Below, piece by piece: positions 11,332 through 21,220 of a stretch of DNA of 64,000 nt. How positions within the stretch are numbered: the stretch's first letter is position 1; every line of letters starts with the position of its first letter. This DNA comes from Bdellovibrionota bacterium (lineage in GTDB: Bacteria; Bdellovibrionota_G; JALEGL01; DATDPG01), in the NCBI GenBank assembly GCA_963668355.1, contig OY764265.1, positions 960,001 through 1,024,000 on the forward strand, written 5' to 3'. The position numbers and the translations under genes are program-made. A model generated the notes under the pieces. That model was not told the DNA's origin and searched no databases. It worked only from the letters and a program-made list of their open reading frames with translations.

Positions 11332-12633
11332 TTAAAACCGGACAGGCCACCCTTGGCTCGCTTGCCCATCTGAGCGAACCACAAATACCCACAGATCTTC
11401 ACCGCTCACAAAAGTTCCTTGATTGGTTTGAAACTGAATTTCATTCTCGCTCCATACAAAGCGGGGAATTTGAACTTCGCAATGTGCACCGTTCTGTTCT
11501 TTCTCCGAAAAATCGGGAACATTACAAACTTCGATCCGCGCTCTTGTTTGGTCAACGTACAAATCGTCGATATACGTAATATCTGGCTCCGTGCCTCCGG
11601 CTCGGCTGTTGCACGGATCATCATTGTGAACCATGGCACCAATACGAAAGTCTTGAATATATTGTTGCTCGCGAGCACAGTCATTGGCAACAAGATTCAT
11701 GTTCTCAGGATCTTCAACCATTAGGTTGGGTTCATTTCCGGAAGGTTTTGAATAGTTGATCCTACCCAGCAATTGTTTTCCATCTATCCAAAGTTGTTTG
11801 GAGCCGTTTTCCGCAGAGGAAGGGCGATCGTTTCGAATGAAAAATTCCCAACGCTTCCACTGATTTTGGTTTTCCGGGATATAGCTCGCCTCTGAGTAAC
11901 TCACCGTCGTGGGACGCGCATAACCATTATAATCTAAAAACGTGCTGGAACAGTCACCTTGAGAGGCCGAAGGCCAAGCATCTCCCTCACTTTGAACGGC
12001 ACCCAATAGCCACTGAAGGGCATCACCTTCATTATATAGGTAGATCTGCTTGTGATTGCAGATGTTGTGAAGATCGTCATAGTATGGATCAAAATATCGC
12101 CAGTAACGCACATATAGCTCTGTGTATTCCCCTCCGGCAACCCAGCCAAAAAAGTTGTATCCATAATTGTCCACAACCACCTTTGCACTGGCCGAGCCCC
12201 CATGTGAGCGATCATTGCTATAGTGTGTGCAGGGGTCACAATAGTCGCCGTGACAACAGTCGGTTCCGTTCACAGAGGCCTGGTGGTTCCAACCCAATCC
12301 TAGCTTGGCTTCACCTAGAGGCTGATTGAGAGTCCCATTTTCAAAATCATCAAAACTCAAGGGCTCCACTGGATTCTTGACTCCAAAGCCCTCTCCCGAA
12401 ATTGAATACACTTCCTCATGTATCAACTCTAAGGAGCTGACTTGTGAAATTTGAACGTCGCCTGTCGCCTCGGGATATAAGGGGGTGGGTTCAGAATCCT
12501 CTTCCACTTCTGATTCGTTATTTTGATGATCACTTGAAGGAGATATTTGGGAAGAACAACCTACCCCCCCCAAAATCACTGCCATCGATAAGAACGAGAA
12601 AAGAAAAACATGCTTTTTAAATAATTTTTTCAC
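11332..12633 (-). CDS. Cys-rich secreted lipoprotein with a probable ConA/polysaccharide-lyase-like beta-sandwich and IPT-like segments
   Basis: GTG 12633 with GGGAG Shine-Dalgarno; lipobox VILGGVG-C; ISGEGFG, FDDFENG, W.RWEF....NG..QLWIDG, YIDDLYVD. The fold assignment is inference. Confidence 0.5.
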   Translation of the reverse strand: MKKLFKKHVFLFSFLSMAVILGGVGCSSQISPSSDHQNNESEVEEDSEPTPLYPEATGDVQISQVSSLELIHEEVYSISGEGFGVKNPVEPLSFDDFENGTLNQPLGEAKLGLGWNHQASVNGTDCCHGDYCDPCTHYSNDRSHGGSASAKVVVDNYGYNFFGWVAGGEYTELYVRYWRYFDPYYDDLHNICNHKQIYLYNEGDALQWLLGAVQSEGDAWPSASQGDCSSTFLDYNGYARPTTVSYSEASYIPENQNQWKRWEFFIRNDRPSSAENGSKQLWIDGKQLLGRINYSKPSGNEPNLMVEDPENMNLVANDCAREQQYIQDFRIGAMVHNDDPCNSRAGGTEPDITYIDDLYVDQTRARIEVCNVPDFSEKEQNGAHCEVQIPRFVWSENEIQFQTNQGTFVSGEDLWVFVVRSDGQASQGWPVRF

Positions 12634-12658
12634 CCTGACTCCCAGACCTACCATGCAA

Positions 12659-12702
12659 AGCAAAGAGCACGCCAGGCCTTTCCGAGAGATAACCTTTTGA
12701 AT
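12659..12702 (-). promoter_or_regulatory. Putative sigma-54 promoter (CTGGCGTGCTCTTTGCT, 12675-12659) with IHF-like site (12690-12702)
   Basis: TGGC-N9-GCT with exact GG-N10-GC spacing, about 25 nt upstream of the GTG start. The IHF-like site reads TAACCTTTTGAAT on +. Confidence 0.6.
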
Positions 12703-12775
12703 TCACTCAAAACTTTTTTCACTCCACATGAAAAATGATTCCGCAGTATGAAAATATTGTCTTAAAAATTTTGCC

Positions 12776-15133
12776 TTAGATTTCGAATCGGCTCATCAAA
12801 ACTTCTCGCGGTTTTCCCACTTCCCCAGGAGCCAGAAGACCTTCTTCTTCCATTCGCTCCACAAGTCTCGCAGCTCGATTATAGCCAATTCGAAGTTTGC
12901 GCTGAATCATCGAGATGGAGGCAACACCATGATTTCGAACCACGTTGAGCGCCTGCTGATACATTTCTTCGTCTTCCCCTCCCCCACTGGAGGCTTCTTC
13001 CTCTTCCTTCGTTTTTAGGATTTCCAAGTCATAGTCGGGGGCCCCTTGTTCCTTCCAAAAGTCGGTGACGGCTTTAACTTCGGCATCCGAAACAAAGGCA
13101 CCGTGAACCCGTTCCAATTTCGAGGTTCCGGGAGGCAAATAGAGGCAATCCCCTGCTCCCAGAAGAAGTTCTGCACCGTTCGTGTCCAGAATGGTTCGGG
13201 AATCGACCTTGGAAGATACTTGAAAGGAAATGCGGGCAGGCATATTGGCCTTGATCACCCCTGTGATGACATCGACAGAAGGACGCTGCGTGGCCAACAC
13301 CAAATGAATTCCCGCGGCTCGCGCCATTTGGGCCAAACGAATGATCGACTCCTCGACATCTCGACTCGCCACCATCATCAAATCCGCCAACTCGTCTAGA
13401 ACAATGACAATATAAGGGAATTTTCCGTCATGTTCCTCGGGCTTCGTTTTCTTATCCTCGGAGCCATCCAGAAGAGGTTCTTTCTCTGGCTTTTCTTCTT
13501 TTTCAATTTTAAGAACTTTCTTGTTGTAACCTTCGATATTTCGAACACCCAGGTCCGCCATGAGCCGATAACGTCTCTCCATTTCCAGCACAGCCCAACG
13601 AAGTGCTGCCGCCGCTTTTCGTGGGTCTGTGACGACAGGTAATAATAAGTGAGGGATGCCATCATACAGAGACAACTCCAGCATTTTGGGATCCACCAAA
13701 ATCATTCGAACTTCGTCCGGCGTAGACTTGTAAAGAATCGACAAAATCAGACTGTTCACAGAGACCGATTTTCCGGATCCCGTGGCTCCGGCCATGAGAA
13801 GATGAGGCATCTTTCGAAGATCCACTGTATACGGCATTCCCGAAATGTCTTTCCCCAAAGCTCCCGTCAATCGAGAAACGCTGTCCGAAAACGTATCGCT
13901 GGCAATGACATCTTTTAGATACACAATTTGTCGTTCTCGATTAGCGACCTCAATGCCAACCACCGATTTTCCAGGCAATGGAGTCATACGCACGGAAAGC
14001 GCCTTCAAAGCGAGAGCCAGATCGTCATTTAAACGCATGATCTGGTTGACTTTCACTCCGGGTGCCGGCTCAAATTCATACATCGTCACTACGGGACCAG
14101 GCTGGACCTCAACAACCTTTCCAAACACGCCAAAATCTTTGAGTTTGGTTTCCAAGATTTGCGCATTTTGAAAAAGTTCTTCTCGATCGATGTTCAAATC
14201 CTGCTCATTGGGTGCATCTAAAAGCGTAAGGTTAGGAAGTTTATAGTTTCGAGGAGCTTTCCCTTCTTTTTCGACTTCCTCTTCTCCATCCAAGCTATGA
14301 AATTGTGGCAGGGATTCCTTTTTCTGTTTTTGTGAAGCCACAACAATGGGAATTTCCGGTTGCGGAAAACTTCCGGTTTCTTCCAGTTTGCCTAGATTTT
14401 TAACGGCTTTCCCATTTCCTTTTCGGGGACCGCTCATGGTCGGAATCTTGGGCGGAGTATCCTCTCGAATCACCTCAAGCCCTTTCTCCAATTCTTTGGA
14501 CTCTTTTTCCAAAAGACCATTGAACCATTTGCCCAAACGCAGGCTGTAGGCCGTGAGACTCTGAATGGCACGACGCTGTAAATGCACGAACCAGCTCAAG
14601 CGATCCAAAAATCCACGAAACGAAAACCGCCCAATCAACACCGCTGAAAGAAGTAGAAAAAGGCCGGCCAGGACATACGTCCCCGCCTCGCCCACATACT
14701 TCACCAACCCGAGCCGAAGAAGATGACCGACCAACCCTCCCCAAGCCGGAATTTGAGGCTGTTCTCCGCCCACCAAAGCCAGTCCCAAACTCGCAGAAAC
14801 CAAGATGAGAAAAAAACCTGCAATTCTGGCAGATGCGAGAAGCCACGTCGGCCGAAACACCACAGCCCAAGTCACGCCTAGAAGAGAAAGAGGCCATAAG
14901 TATGCGGCATAGCCAAATCCCTGCATTAACAGATCAGAGATATAACTTCCCAATATTCCGCAATAATTTCGAACCACTACGTCATCTGCGGCCACTCGCG
15001 TGTTGAAAGATGGATCCAGCGGATGATAGCTAATCAAGGCCAAAAAAAGGAAGAGGGTTAAGGCCAAAAGCGCAAAACCCACGAAATCTCTTACAGGAGA
15101 CGGTTCAGATTTTGTTTTAGGTTTCTTGGACAT
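12776..15133 (-). CDS. ftsK: DNA translocase FtsK
   Basis: 4TM N-terminal domain (N..G..G..ISD), PHLLMAGATGSGKS, VDPKMLEL, DELADLMM, ARAAGIHLVLATQRPSVDVITG, gamma domain QRKLRIGYNRAARL. Start ATG 15133. Confidence 0.97.
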   Translation of the reverse strand: MSKKPKTKSEPSPVRDFVGFALLALTLFLFLALISYHPLDPSFNTRVAADDVVVRNYCGILGSYISDLLMQGFGYAAYLWPLSLLGVTWAVVFRPTWLLASARIAGFFLILVSASLGLALVGGEQPQIPAWGGLVGHLLRLGLVKYVGEAGTYVLAGLFLLLSAVLIGRFSFRGFLDRLSWFVHLQRRAIQSLTAYSLRLGKWFNGLLEKESKELEKGLEVIREDTPPKIPTMSGPRKGNGKAVKNLGKLEETGSFPQPEIPIVVASQKQKKESLPQFHSLDGEEEVEKEGKAPRNYKLPNLTLLDAPNEQDLNIDREELFQNAQILETKLKDFGVFGKVVEVQPGPVVTMYEFEPAPGVKVNQIMRLNDDLALALKALSVRMTPLPGKSVVGIEVANRERQIVYLKDVIASDTFSDSVSRLTGALGKDISGMPYTVDLRKMPHLLMAGATGSGKSVSVNSLILSILYKSTPDEVRMILVDPKMLELSLYDGIPHLLLPVVTDPRKAAAALRWAVLEMERRYRLMADLGVRNIEGYNKKVLKIEKEEKPEKEPLLDGSEDKKTKPEEHDGKFPYIVIVLDELADLMMVASRDVEESIIRLAQMARAAGIHLVLATQRPSVDVITGVIKANMPARISFQVSSKVDSRTILDTNGAELLLGAGDCLYLPPGTSKLERVHGAFVSDAEVKAVTDFWKEQGAPDYDLEILKTKEEEEASSGGGEDEEMYQQALNVVRNHGVASISMIQRKLRIGYNRAARLVERMEEEGLLAPGEVGKPREVLMSRFEI

Positions 15134-15201
15134 ACAACAGGACTCCGCGAGGGAGTATATCCCACTTTCAGCTTTGCTGCTAAAGACGTCCGGAAATTCC
15201 C

Positions 15202-16869
15202 TTACACTTCCAAGACAATGGGCAAAACGACGGGCTTCCGATCCAATCGCCGCTTGAAAAATCGCCGTAGAGAAAGACGAATCTCCTCCTCTGCCCAATC
15301 CGCGTCTGTGCAAAGCTCCGGACCGACATCATCCAAGCAGTCCAGCAAAACGCCAAGGGCCTCATCCAATAAACCTTCGGCCTCCCCTTCACACGCAACC
15401 CCTCGAGAAAGCAATTGAGGTTCTTGCACAACTTTCCCTGTTTTTTGATCCACGACCACCACGGCCACCACCAACCCGGTCGCAGAAAGGTGACGACGAT
15501 CTCTCAAAATCTCGCTTCCCATCGTCACGAGTTCCGTTCCATCCACGACCGAACGAATCAATTCAATCGCTGGGTATTTCTCGACTTTTCTGTCTTTGAG
15601 AAATAAGGACTCTCCGTCTTCAATGAGAAAAATACGCTCTTCCGGAAGACCCAGTCCTTTGGCAATCTCGGCATGTTGAATGAGATGTCGAAATTCTCCA
15701 TGTACGGGCATAAAAAAATGTGGACGAACCGCACGAAACAGTTCTTCCAATTCCTCTCGGTGAGCATGTCCCGACACATGAACATGCGCCTCTTTCCACG
15801 TCACAACTTCGGCTCCCCGACGATAGAGCTGATTGATCATGGCATAAATGGCTCGCTCATTTCCGGGAATGAAGCGAGAAGATAAAATCACACGATCCTT
15901 GGGAAGCAATTGGACGCGCTTATCTTGACCCAACGCAATTCTGGACAAAGCAGAACGTACTTCTCCTTGGGTTCCGGTAGAAAGAATGATGAGCTTGTCA
16001 CGCGGGATGGAAGACAAATCTTCCTTTTCAACCCACATCGGTTCTTCGCTTTCCAATAGTCCCGTCTGACGAGCGACCTCAATATTCTGTTTCAAAGATC
16101 GTCCACTGACATAAACCCGTTTTCCCAATTTCTTGGCGATATCCAAAACTTGCCGAATGCGCGGAATATGAGAAGAAAAACAAACCAGGACAACCCAACC
16201 TCGCCCCCCTGCAATCTGCTTTTCCAGGTCTTCTCGAACGGACAATTCCGTTCCCGCACGTCCGGGACTTCCAGAATTGGTACTGTCGGAAAGCAGCAAG
16301 GAAACCCCTTGATCACCCAATTCGTTCAAACGCTCTAAGTCCGTAAAACGCCCATCAGCTGGTTCTTCGTCAATTTTAAAGTCCCCAGTATGAATGATCT
16401 TCCCTTCTGGAGTATCAATGGCCAGCCCGAAGGATTCCGAAATGGAATGACTCATCTCAATGAATTCCACCTCAAAAGGTCCCAAACGAACTTGCTCTCG
16501 CCCTTTGACTTCGTGAAGGGGGATATCCTCCTCCAGTTCGTGTTCGCGCAGTTTCCGGGCAATCATCCCCAAGGTAAACTTCGAACTGTAAAGAGGAAGT
16601 TTTCGCTGCCGAAGAAGATAGGGCAAGGCGCCAATATGGTCTTCGTGACCATGCGTAAGAACAATGCCCAAAACATCCAGATCCGGATTCAATACATAGG
16701 AAAAATCGGGAACGATCAGGTCAATCCCGGGCAATCGACCATCCGAAAAACGGACTCCGCAATCCACGACCATGGCCTGCTTTCCGGTTTGCAAAACCAT
16801 CATGTTCATTCCGATTTCTCCCACCCCTCCCAAGGGGAGAATCTTTAAACCTTGATTCACGTGTTTCAC
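15202..16869 (-). CDS. rnj: Ribonuclease J
   Basis: PLGGVGEIGMNM, THGHEDHIGA, HSI, HTGDFK.D, LLSDSTN, TGTQGE, IPGNE, HVSGH, PVHGEFRH. Start GTG 16869 or 16860. Confidence 0.96.
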   Translation of the reverse strand: MKHVNQGLKILPLGGVGEIGMNMMVLQTGKQAMVVDCGVRFSDGRLPGIDLIVPDFSYVLNPDLDVLGIVLTHGHEDHIGALPYLLRQRKLPLYSSKFTLGMIARKLREHELEEDIPLHEVKGREQVRLGPFEVEFIEMSHSISESFGLAIDTPEGKIIHTGDFKIDEEPADGRFTDLERLNELGDQGVSLLLSDSTNSGSPGRAGTELSVREDLEKQIAGGRGWVVLVCFSSHIPRIRQVLDIAKKLGKRVYVSGRSLKQNIEVARQTGLLESEEPMWVEKEDLSSIPRDKLIILSTGTQGEVRSALSRIALGQDKRVQLLPKDRVILSSRFIPGNERAIYAMINQLYRRGAEVVTWKEAHVHVSGHAHREELEELFRAVRPHFFMPVHGEFRHLIQHAEIAKGLGLPEERIFLIEDGESLFLKDRKVEKYPAIELIRSVVDGTELVTMGSEILRDRRHLSATGLVVAVVVVDQKTGKVVQEPQLLSRGVACEGEAEGLLDEALGVLLDCLDDVGPELCTDADWAEEEIRLSLRRFFKRRLDRKPVVLPIVLEV

Positions 16870-16927
16870 CTTAGCTGGAAATGCGTGCGATGCCCAGAAA
16901 GCGCACCCTTCCTTCACAATTTTGGAT

Positions 16928-16959
16928 AAAAAAAGGGCGTGGAAAAAACCACGCCCTTT
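16928..16959 (-). terminator. Rho-independent terminator
   Basis: AAAGGGCGTGG-loop-CCACGCCCTTT hairpin with a T-tract on the minus strand, 25 nt after the stop at 16985. Confidence 0.8.
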
Positions 16960-16984
16960 CGAATGAATGAAAGAAACTCGATTC

Positions 16985-17410
16985 TTATTTGGCCATTTCC
17001 TCCGCAGCTTCGTTCATTTCCTTCTTAGCTGCCTTTTCCTTGGCCTTTCGACTCTTTCTCATATCTCTGGCCTCTTTTTTCATTTCATTTCGATTTTTCT
17101 TCATTTTTTTGCGCATTTCTTTGCGAGCCTCTTTTGTCTTCTCTCTTCTCTCCTTGCGCTCCTTCTTCATGGCTTTGCGTTGTTTCTTCGACTTCTTTTC
17201 CCAAGCTTTGGTCTCACGCTTGCTTTTTCGAGAAACGTCTTCAGAAAGCTCCTTGGCCTTCTCTTTCGTATTCGATGCGTCCATCTTTGCTTCTGCGGAA
17301 ATACCTTTCTCCGCAGCTTTCATGCTCTTGGTTGCGGAAACATCCGCAGCAAAAACTGAACTTGAAAAGAGAGCCAACGAAAAAACCAAAACAAAATGTC
17401 TGATCATCAT
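16985..17410 (-). CDS. Small secreted Lys/Glu/Ala-rich helical or disordered protein
   Basis: Signal peptide ending SSVFA; mature part is low-complexity and K/E/R/A/M-rich; AAAGGA Shine-Dalgarno; followed by a terminator. Confidence 0.7.
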   Translation of the reverse strand: MMIRHFVLVFSLALFSSSVFAADVSATKSMKAAEKGISAEAKMDASNTKEKAKELSEDVSRKSKRETKAWEKKSKKQRKAMKKERKERREKTKEARKEMRKKMKKNRNEMKKEARDMRKSRKAKEKAAKKEMNEAAEEMAK

Positions 17411-17436
17411 GATGTGTTCCTTTCAATTATGAAAAT

Positions 17437-18297
17437 TTAGGCATGCGCCTCACGGGACTTACCCGTCGACAAACTTTCAACCACTTTAGTATCAAAATGG
17501 ACATCCATTTGTGGAAATGGAATGCCAATTCCAGCCTGATCAAGTTGATTCTTAATCTCTCGAACTCCGTCTTGATGGACACCCCAATAATTTTCCGTCT
17601 TCGTCCAAACACGAACCACCCAGTCTACGGAAGAAGCTCCCAGGCCAGATAAAAATACCTGATGTTCCGGATCGCTGAGCAAGTTTGGAATGTTCTTGAC
17701 GGCTGCCTCTAAGGTCTCACGTGTTTTATCGATGTCTGCGGAATAATCTACGCCGACAGAAATATCGACTCGCCGAATCGGATGATGTGTCACATTCTCA
17801 ATGGTTGAGCCAAAAATACTTCCATTGGGAATGATGATTTTTCGATTATCCGGTGTTTTGAGTGTCGTCGTAAACAACTCGATTTCCTCCACCGTGCCGG
17901 TTACGCCAGCAGCATTGATGAAATTTCCAATCTTAAACGGACGAAAAACCAACAACATGACACCCGAAGCTAGGTTTCCAAGAGCTCCCTGAAACGCTAA
18001 GCCTACAGCCAAACCAGCAGCTGCAATCACTGCAGCAAAGCTTGCGGTCTGAATGCCAAAAACACCCAGACACCCCACAATGGCAAATACGAGAATGGCA
18101 TAACAAACCATCTGAGAGATGAATCGAGAAAGTGTAAGATCGACATTCGCTTTTTCAAGCGCCTTCAATGTCCAAGAACGCAAGATTCCTGCGATAACCC
18201 AAGCCGCAAAAAGCGCCACCAACACGCCCACAACCTTTGGGCCATAAGTCGTTAAGAGAGACCACCCCGCGTCACTAATTTTATCGATATTTTGCAT
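17437..18297 (-). CDS. mscS: Small-conductance mechanosensitive channel
   Basis: GIQTASFAAVIAAAGLAVGLAFQGALGNLASG, FRPFKIG, G.VEEI.LF.T.L.TPDN..IIIPN, GI.IPFPQ. Confidence 0.95.
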   Translation of the reverse strand: MQNIDKISDAGWSLLTTYGPKVVGVLVALFAAWVIAGILRSWTLKALEKANVDLTLSRFISQMVCYAILVFAIVGCLGVFGIQTASFAAVIAAAGLAVGLAFQGALGNLASGVMLLVFRPFKIGNFINAAGVTGTVEEIELFTTTLKTPDNRKIIIPNGSIFGSTIENVTHHPIRRVDISVGVDYSADIDKTRETLEAAVKNIPNLLSDPEHQVFLSGLGASSVDWVVRVWTKTENYWGVHQDGVREIKNQLDQAGIGIPFPQMDVHFDTKVVESLSTGKSREAHA

Positions 18298-18315
18298 ATT
18301 AAATTCCTTTCAGGC

Positions 18316-19122
18316 TTAAATTAAGTCAAAGACAAGCCCCACTTGGGTTGTCGTATCTGTCTTCTTCTTGCCCGCAACCGGTTCATTATCAAACTTCACT
18401 TTGAAGCTCGCCTTGAACGCAAGAATATCCGTCAATTTCATGGTCAATGCCGTTTCAGAATTGAGACGAACATCATCTCCTTCCGTCACATTGAAAAGCG
18501 CTTCGATGTCCTGTGAAAAAGAAGCATATTTCGAGAAATCGTGTTTATAGAGAGCATATGCACGAGCCGAATGAATCGTTTCATCTGGGGGCGCCACACG
18601 ATCTTCACGGGTGAGATCGTAACCAACTTCATACTTAAAAAAGTTTGGATCCGTTTTCCAGAGCTCATGAGATAAACCCGTGGCCCCTCCATATCGAAGG
18701 TCAAACCCAGCTGGAGCATCGGCACCAATATGGCCTAACCCAAACAAAGAAAGTGGGTCACTGACGAAACGATCGTAGCGCAAAGAGGTTTTCCAGTTTT
18801 TTGTGTTCGTGGATTTGATCCCGGTGGCCGGATCTTTGGAACGTCCGTAGTTAAATTCGCCTTTCCATTCCAATTTATTCCGTTCCAATTTCCACGAAAC
18901 GAGACCATTGCCTCCCACCGTTTCATTTTCCGAGTTTCCTGTATTCAGGATTCCATTTATTCCCGCATCCGCATTCCATTCGGCCTTCGGAGCTTGAGCA
19001 ACCTCGGTTTCAACCGCTTCTTCAATCGCTTCACTCGAAGTCGGCGTGTCCTGATCCTCCTGAGCCCATACACCCAGAGGAGCCGTCATTACAAAAACCA
19101 TTAAAGCCATCCACATCTTCAT
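18316..19122 (-). CDS. DUF481 / YdiY-like outer-membrane beta-barrel
   Basis: Signal peptide, W...A..G....TGNSE, alternating strands, C-terminal DNEP..GKKKTD. Confidence 0.8.
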   Translation of the reverse strand: MKMWMALMVFVMTAPLGVWAQEDQDTPTSSEAIEEAVETEVAQAPKAEWNADAGINGILNTGNSENETVGGNGLVSWKLERNKLEWKGEFNYGRSKDPATGIKSTNTKNWKTSLRYDRFVSDPLSLFGLGHIGADAPAGFDLRYGGATGLSHELWKTDPNFFKYEVGYDLTREDRVAPPDETIHSARAYALYKHDFSKYASFSQDIEALFNVTEGDDVRLNSETALTMKLTDILAFKASFKVKFDNEPVAGKKKTDTTTQVGLVFDLI

Positions 19123-19282
19123 GATTACCTTCCCTTATTCTTTGAATTTATGATCGGCTTCACACGCATTTCTTGATGAAGAAAGCGGATGAACCCTATA
19201 GAAGAGTCAACAAAAGACCCACTCAGAATCTATAAAAGTGGAGCGGAAATACCAAAAAAGCCCAAACCCGACAAGATTTAGG

Positions 19283-20248
19283 TCAGGCATCCAAATGACA
19301 GGCCAAACAATGTCCTGGAGCCACTTCTCGAAGCGACGGGGCCTCCGCCGAGCACTGCTCTATTGCCAAAGGACACCTTGTCCGAAACACACACCCAGAA
19401 GGAGGCTGGGATGGATCTGGAACCTCTCCGGTCAAGAGAATGCGTTTTTTTGAATGTTCTGGATCCAAAACGGGAACGGAGGAAATCAAGGCACGAGTAT
19501 AGGGATGCCGGGCATTTTCTCGAAGACTGGAGGCTGGAAGTTTTTCCATCACCCTGCCCAAATACATGACCACCACTTCATCGGAAAAAAATTCGACCAC
19601 ACGAAGATCATGAGAAATAAACAAGAAGGCTATTTGAAATTGTTTCTGAAGATCTTTCAATAAGTTGATGATTTGAGCTTGGATGGAAACATCCAAGGCC
19701 GACACCGGCTCATCCGCCACAATCATTTTCGGCTCTACCGCGAGCGCACGAGCAATCCCAACTCTCTGTCTTTGGCCCCCACTAAACTCATGAGGAAACT
19801 TATCTAAATCTTCTTTTCCCAAACCCACAATTTCCAACACTTCCAAGACTCGGCTTTCACGGTTTTTTGCGCTCAATCGATGATGCAGAAGCAGGGCTTC
19901 TTCAATCGTTTTCCGAACACGCATCCGAGGATTGAGGGATCCATAGGGGTCCTGAAAAATCATCTGGGCCTTTTTTCTCCAACTTTGAAGCCGGTCGGCA
20001 GAAAAACTCTGAATGTCTTCACCGTCGAAAATAATCTGCCCTGCCGTTGGCTCTAATAACCGGAGAATGGATCTCCCTACGGTGGTTTTTCCACACCCAG
20101 ACTCACCCACCAAGGCGACCGTTTTTCCCTTAGGGATTTCAAAAGACACATCTTCCACAGCCTGGACGAAACCGGACGGACGTTGAAGTAGACCCTCCGT
20201 AAGCGGAAAGTACTTTTTTAAACCGGTAACCTTCAACAAACTTGTCAT
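19283..20248 (-). CDS. Peptide/nickel ABC transporter ATPase, OppF/DppF type
   Basis: GESGCGKTT, QMIFQDPYGSLNPR, FPHEFSGGQRQR, ADEPVSALD, C-terminal Cys-rich domain. Its ATG overlaps the upstream stop codon. Confidence 0.93.
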   Translation of the reverse strand: MTSLLKVTGLKKYFPLTEGLLQRPSGFVQAVEDVSFEIPKGKTVALVGESGCGKTTVGRSILRLLEPTAGQIIFDGEDIQSFSADRLQSWRKKAQMIFQDPYGSLNPRMRVRKTIEEALLLHHRLSAKNRESRVLEVLEIVGLGKEDLDKFPHEFSGGQRQRVGIARALAVEPKMIVADEPVSALDVSIQAQIINLLKDLQKQFQIAFLFISHDLRVVEFFSDEVVVMYLGRVMEKLPASSLRENARHPYTRALISSVPVLDPEHSKKRILLTGEVPDPSQPPSGCVFRTRCPLAIEQCSAEAPSLREVAPGHCLACHLDA

Positions 20249-21210
20249 GCGCGTATGCACCTTACCCAATGGCCATGTTCAACTTCGCGAAGCGAAGGAT
20301 GCTCTTTTGTGCATTCCGAAGTGGCCTCCTTGCAACGGTCAAAAAAGCGACAATGCTTGGAGACTTGATCGGGAGGAGGAACCCTACCCTCAATGGTGGG
20401 CAGACGATCTTTTGAAATGCGTTCAGCAAGACCGGGCAAGGCGTTTTGCAGAGCGATTGTATAAGGATGTTTCGATGCGCTGTATATTCTCTCGACACGG
20501 GCCATCTCGACAATCTCTCCGGCATACATGACCGCAACTCGATTGGCCAACTCCGCAACCACACCCAAGTCATGGGTAATGAGAAGCACTCCCATATCAT
20601 TTTGCCTTTGCAGGTTCTCAATCAACTCCAAAATTTGTGCTTGAATTGTCACATCCAAGGCCGTTGTGGGTTCATCCGCAATCAAAATCGAAGGCTTACA
20701 CACCAGAGCCATGGCAATCATTGCCCTTTGTCGAAGGCCTCCGCTCAATTGATGTGGGTGGTAGGAAGCTCTCTTCTGGGCGGATGGAATGCCAACTTGT
20801 TCCATCATTTCAATGGCACGATCGAGAGACTCTTTCTTCGATTTGTTTTCATGAACCTGAACCACTTCAGCGATTTGATCCCCTACCGAAAAAACCGGAT
20901 TCAGAGCCGTCATGGGTTCTTGAAACACCATACTGATCTTGGAACCTCGAAAGCTCTGAAGCTCTCTTTCCGACAAGGTCAGCAAATCTTTTCCATTGAA
21001 AAGAACGCGCCCTCGGTCAATGTAACCAGGAGGAGAGGGCAACAGCCGCGTCAAGGAAAGGGCTGTGATTGACTTTCCACAACCAGACTCCCCCACCAAG
21101 CCGAGAATTTCTCCACGGTTCAACTCCAAGGAGACATCCGTAACGACTGGGAAGGTCTCTTTTCTGAATTGAAACGAAAGAGACAGTCCTTGTACGTCGA
21201 GCATGGGCAC
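20245..21210 (-). CDS. Peptide/nickel ABC transporter ATPase, OppD/DppD type
   Basis: GESGCGKS, FQEPMTALNPV, PHQLSGG.RQR, ADEPTTALD, CRF..RC C-terminus. Confidence 0.93.
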   Translation of the reverse strand: MPMLDVQGLSLSFQFRKETFPVVTDVSLELNRGEILGLVGESGCGKSITALSLTRLLPSPPGYIDRGRVLFNGKDLLTLSERELQSFRGSKISMVFQEPMTALNPVFSVGDQIAEVVQVHENKSKKESLDRAIEMMEQVGIPSAQKRASYHPHQLSGGLRQRAMIAMALVCKPSILIADEPTTALDVTIQAQILELIENLQRQNDMGVLLITHDLGVVAELANRVAVMYAGEIVEMARVERIYSASKHPYTIALQNALPGLAERISKDRLPTIEGRVPPPDQVSKHCRFFDRCKEATSECTKEHPSLREVEHGHWVRCIRA

Positions 21211-21220
21211 GAATGGGTTC

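Noticed and set aside
12220..12265. CDPCTH in the 11332-12633 lipoprotein as a heme-binding site
   Set aside because: It is CxxCxH, not CxxCH, within a Cys-rich loop; disulfides are more likely.
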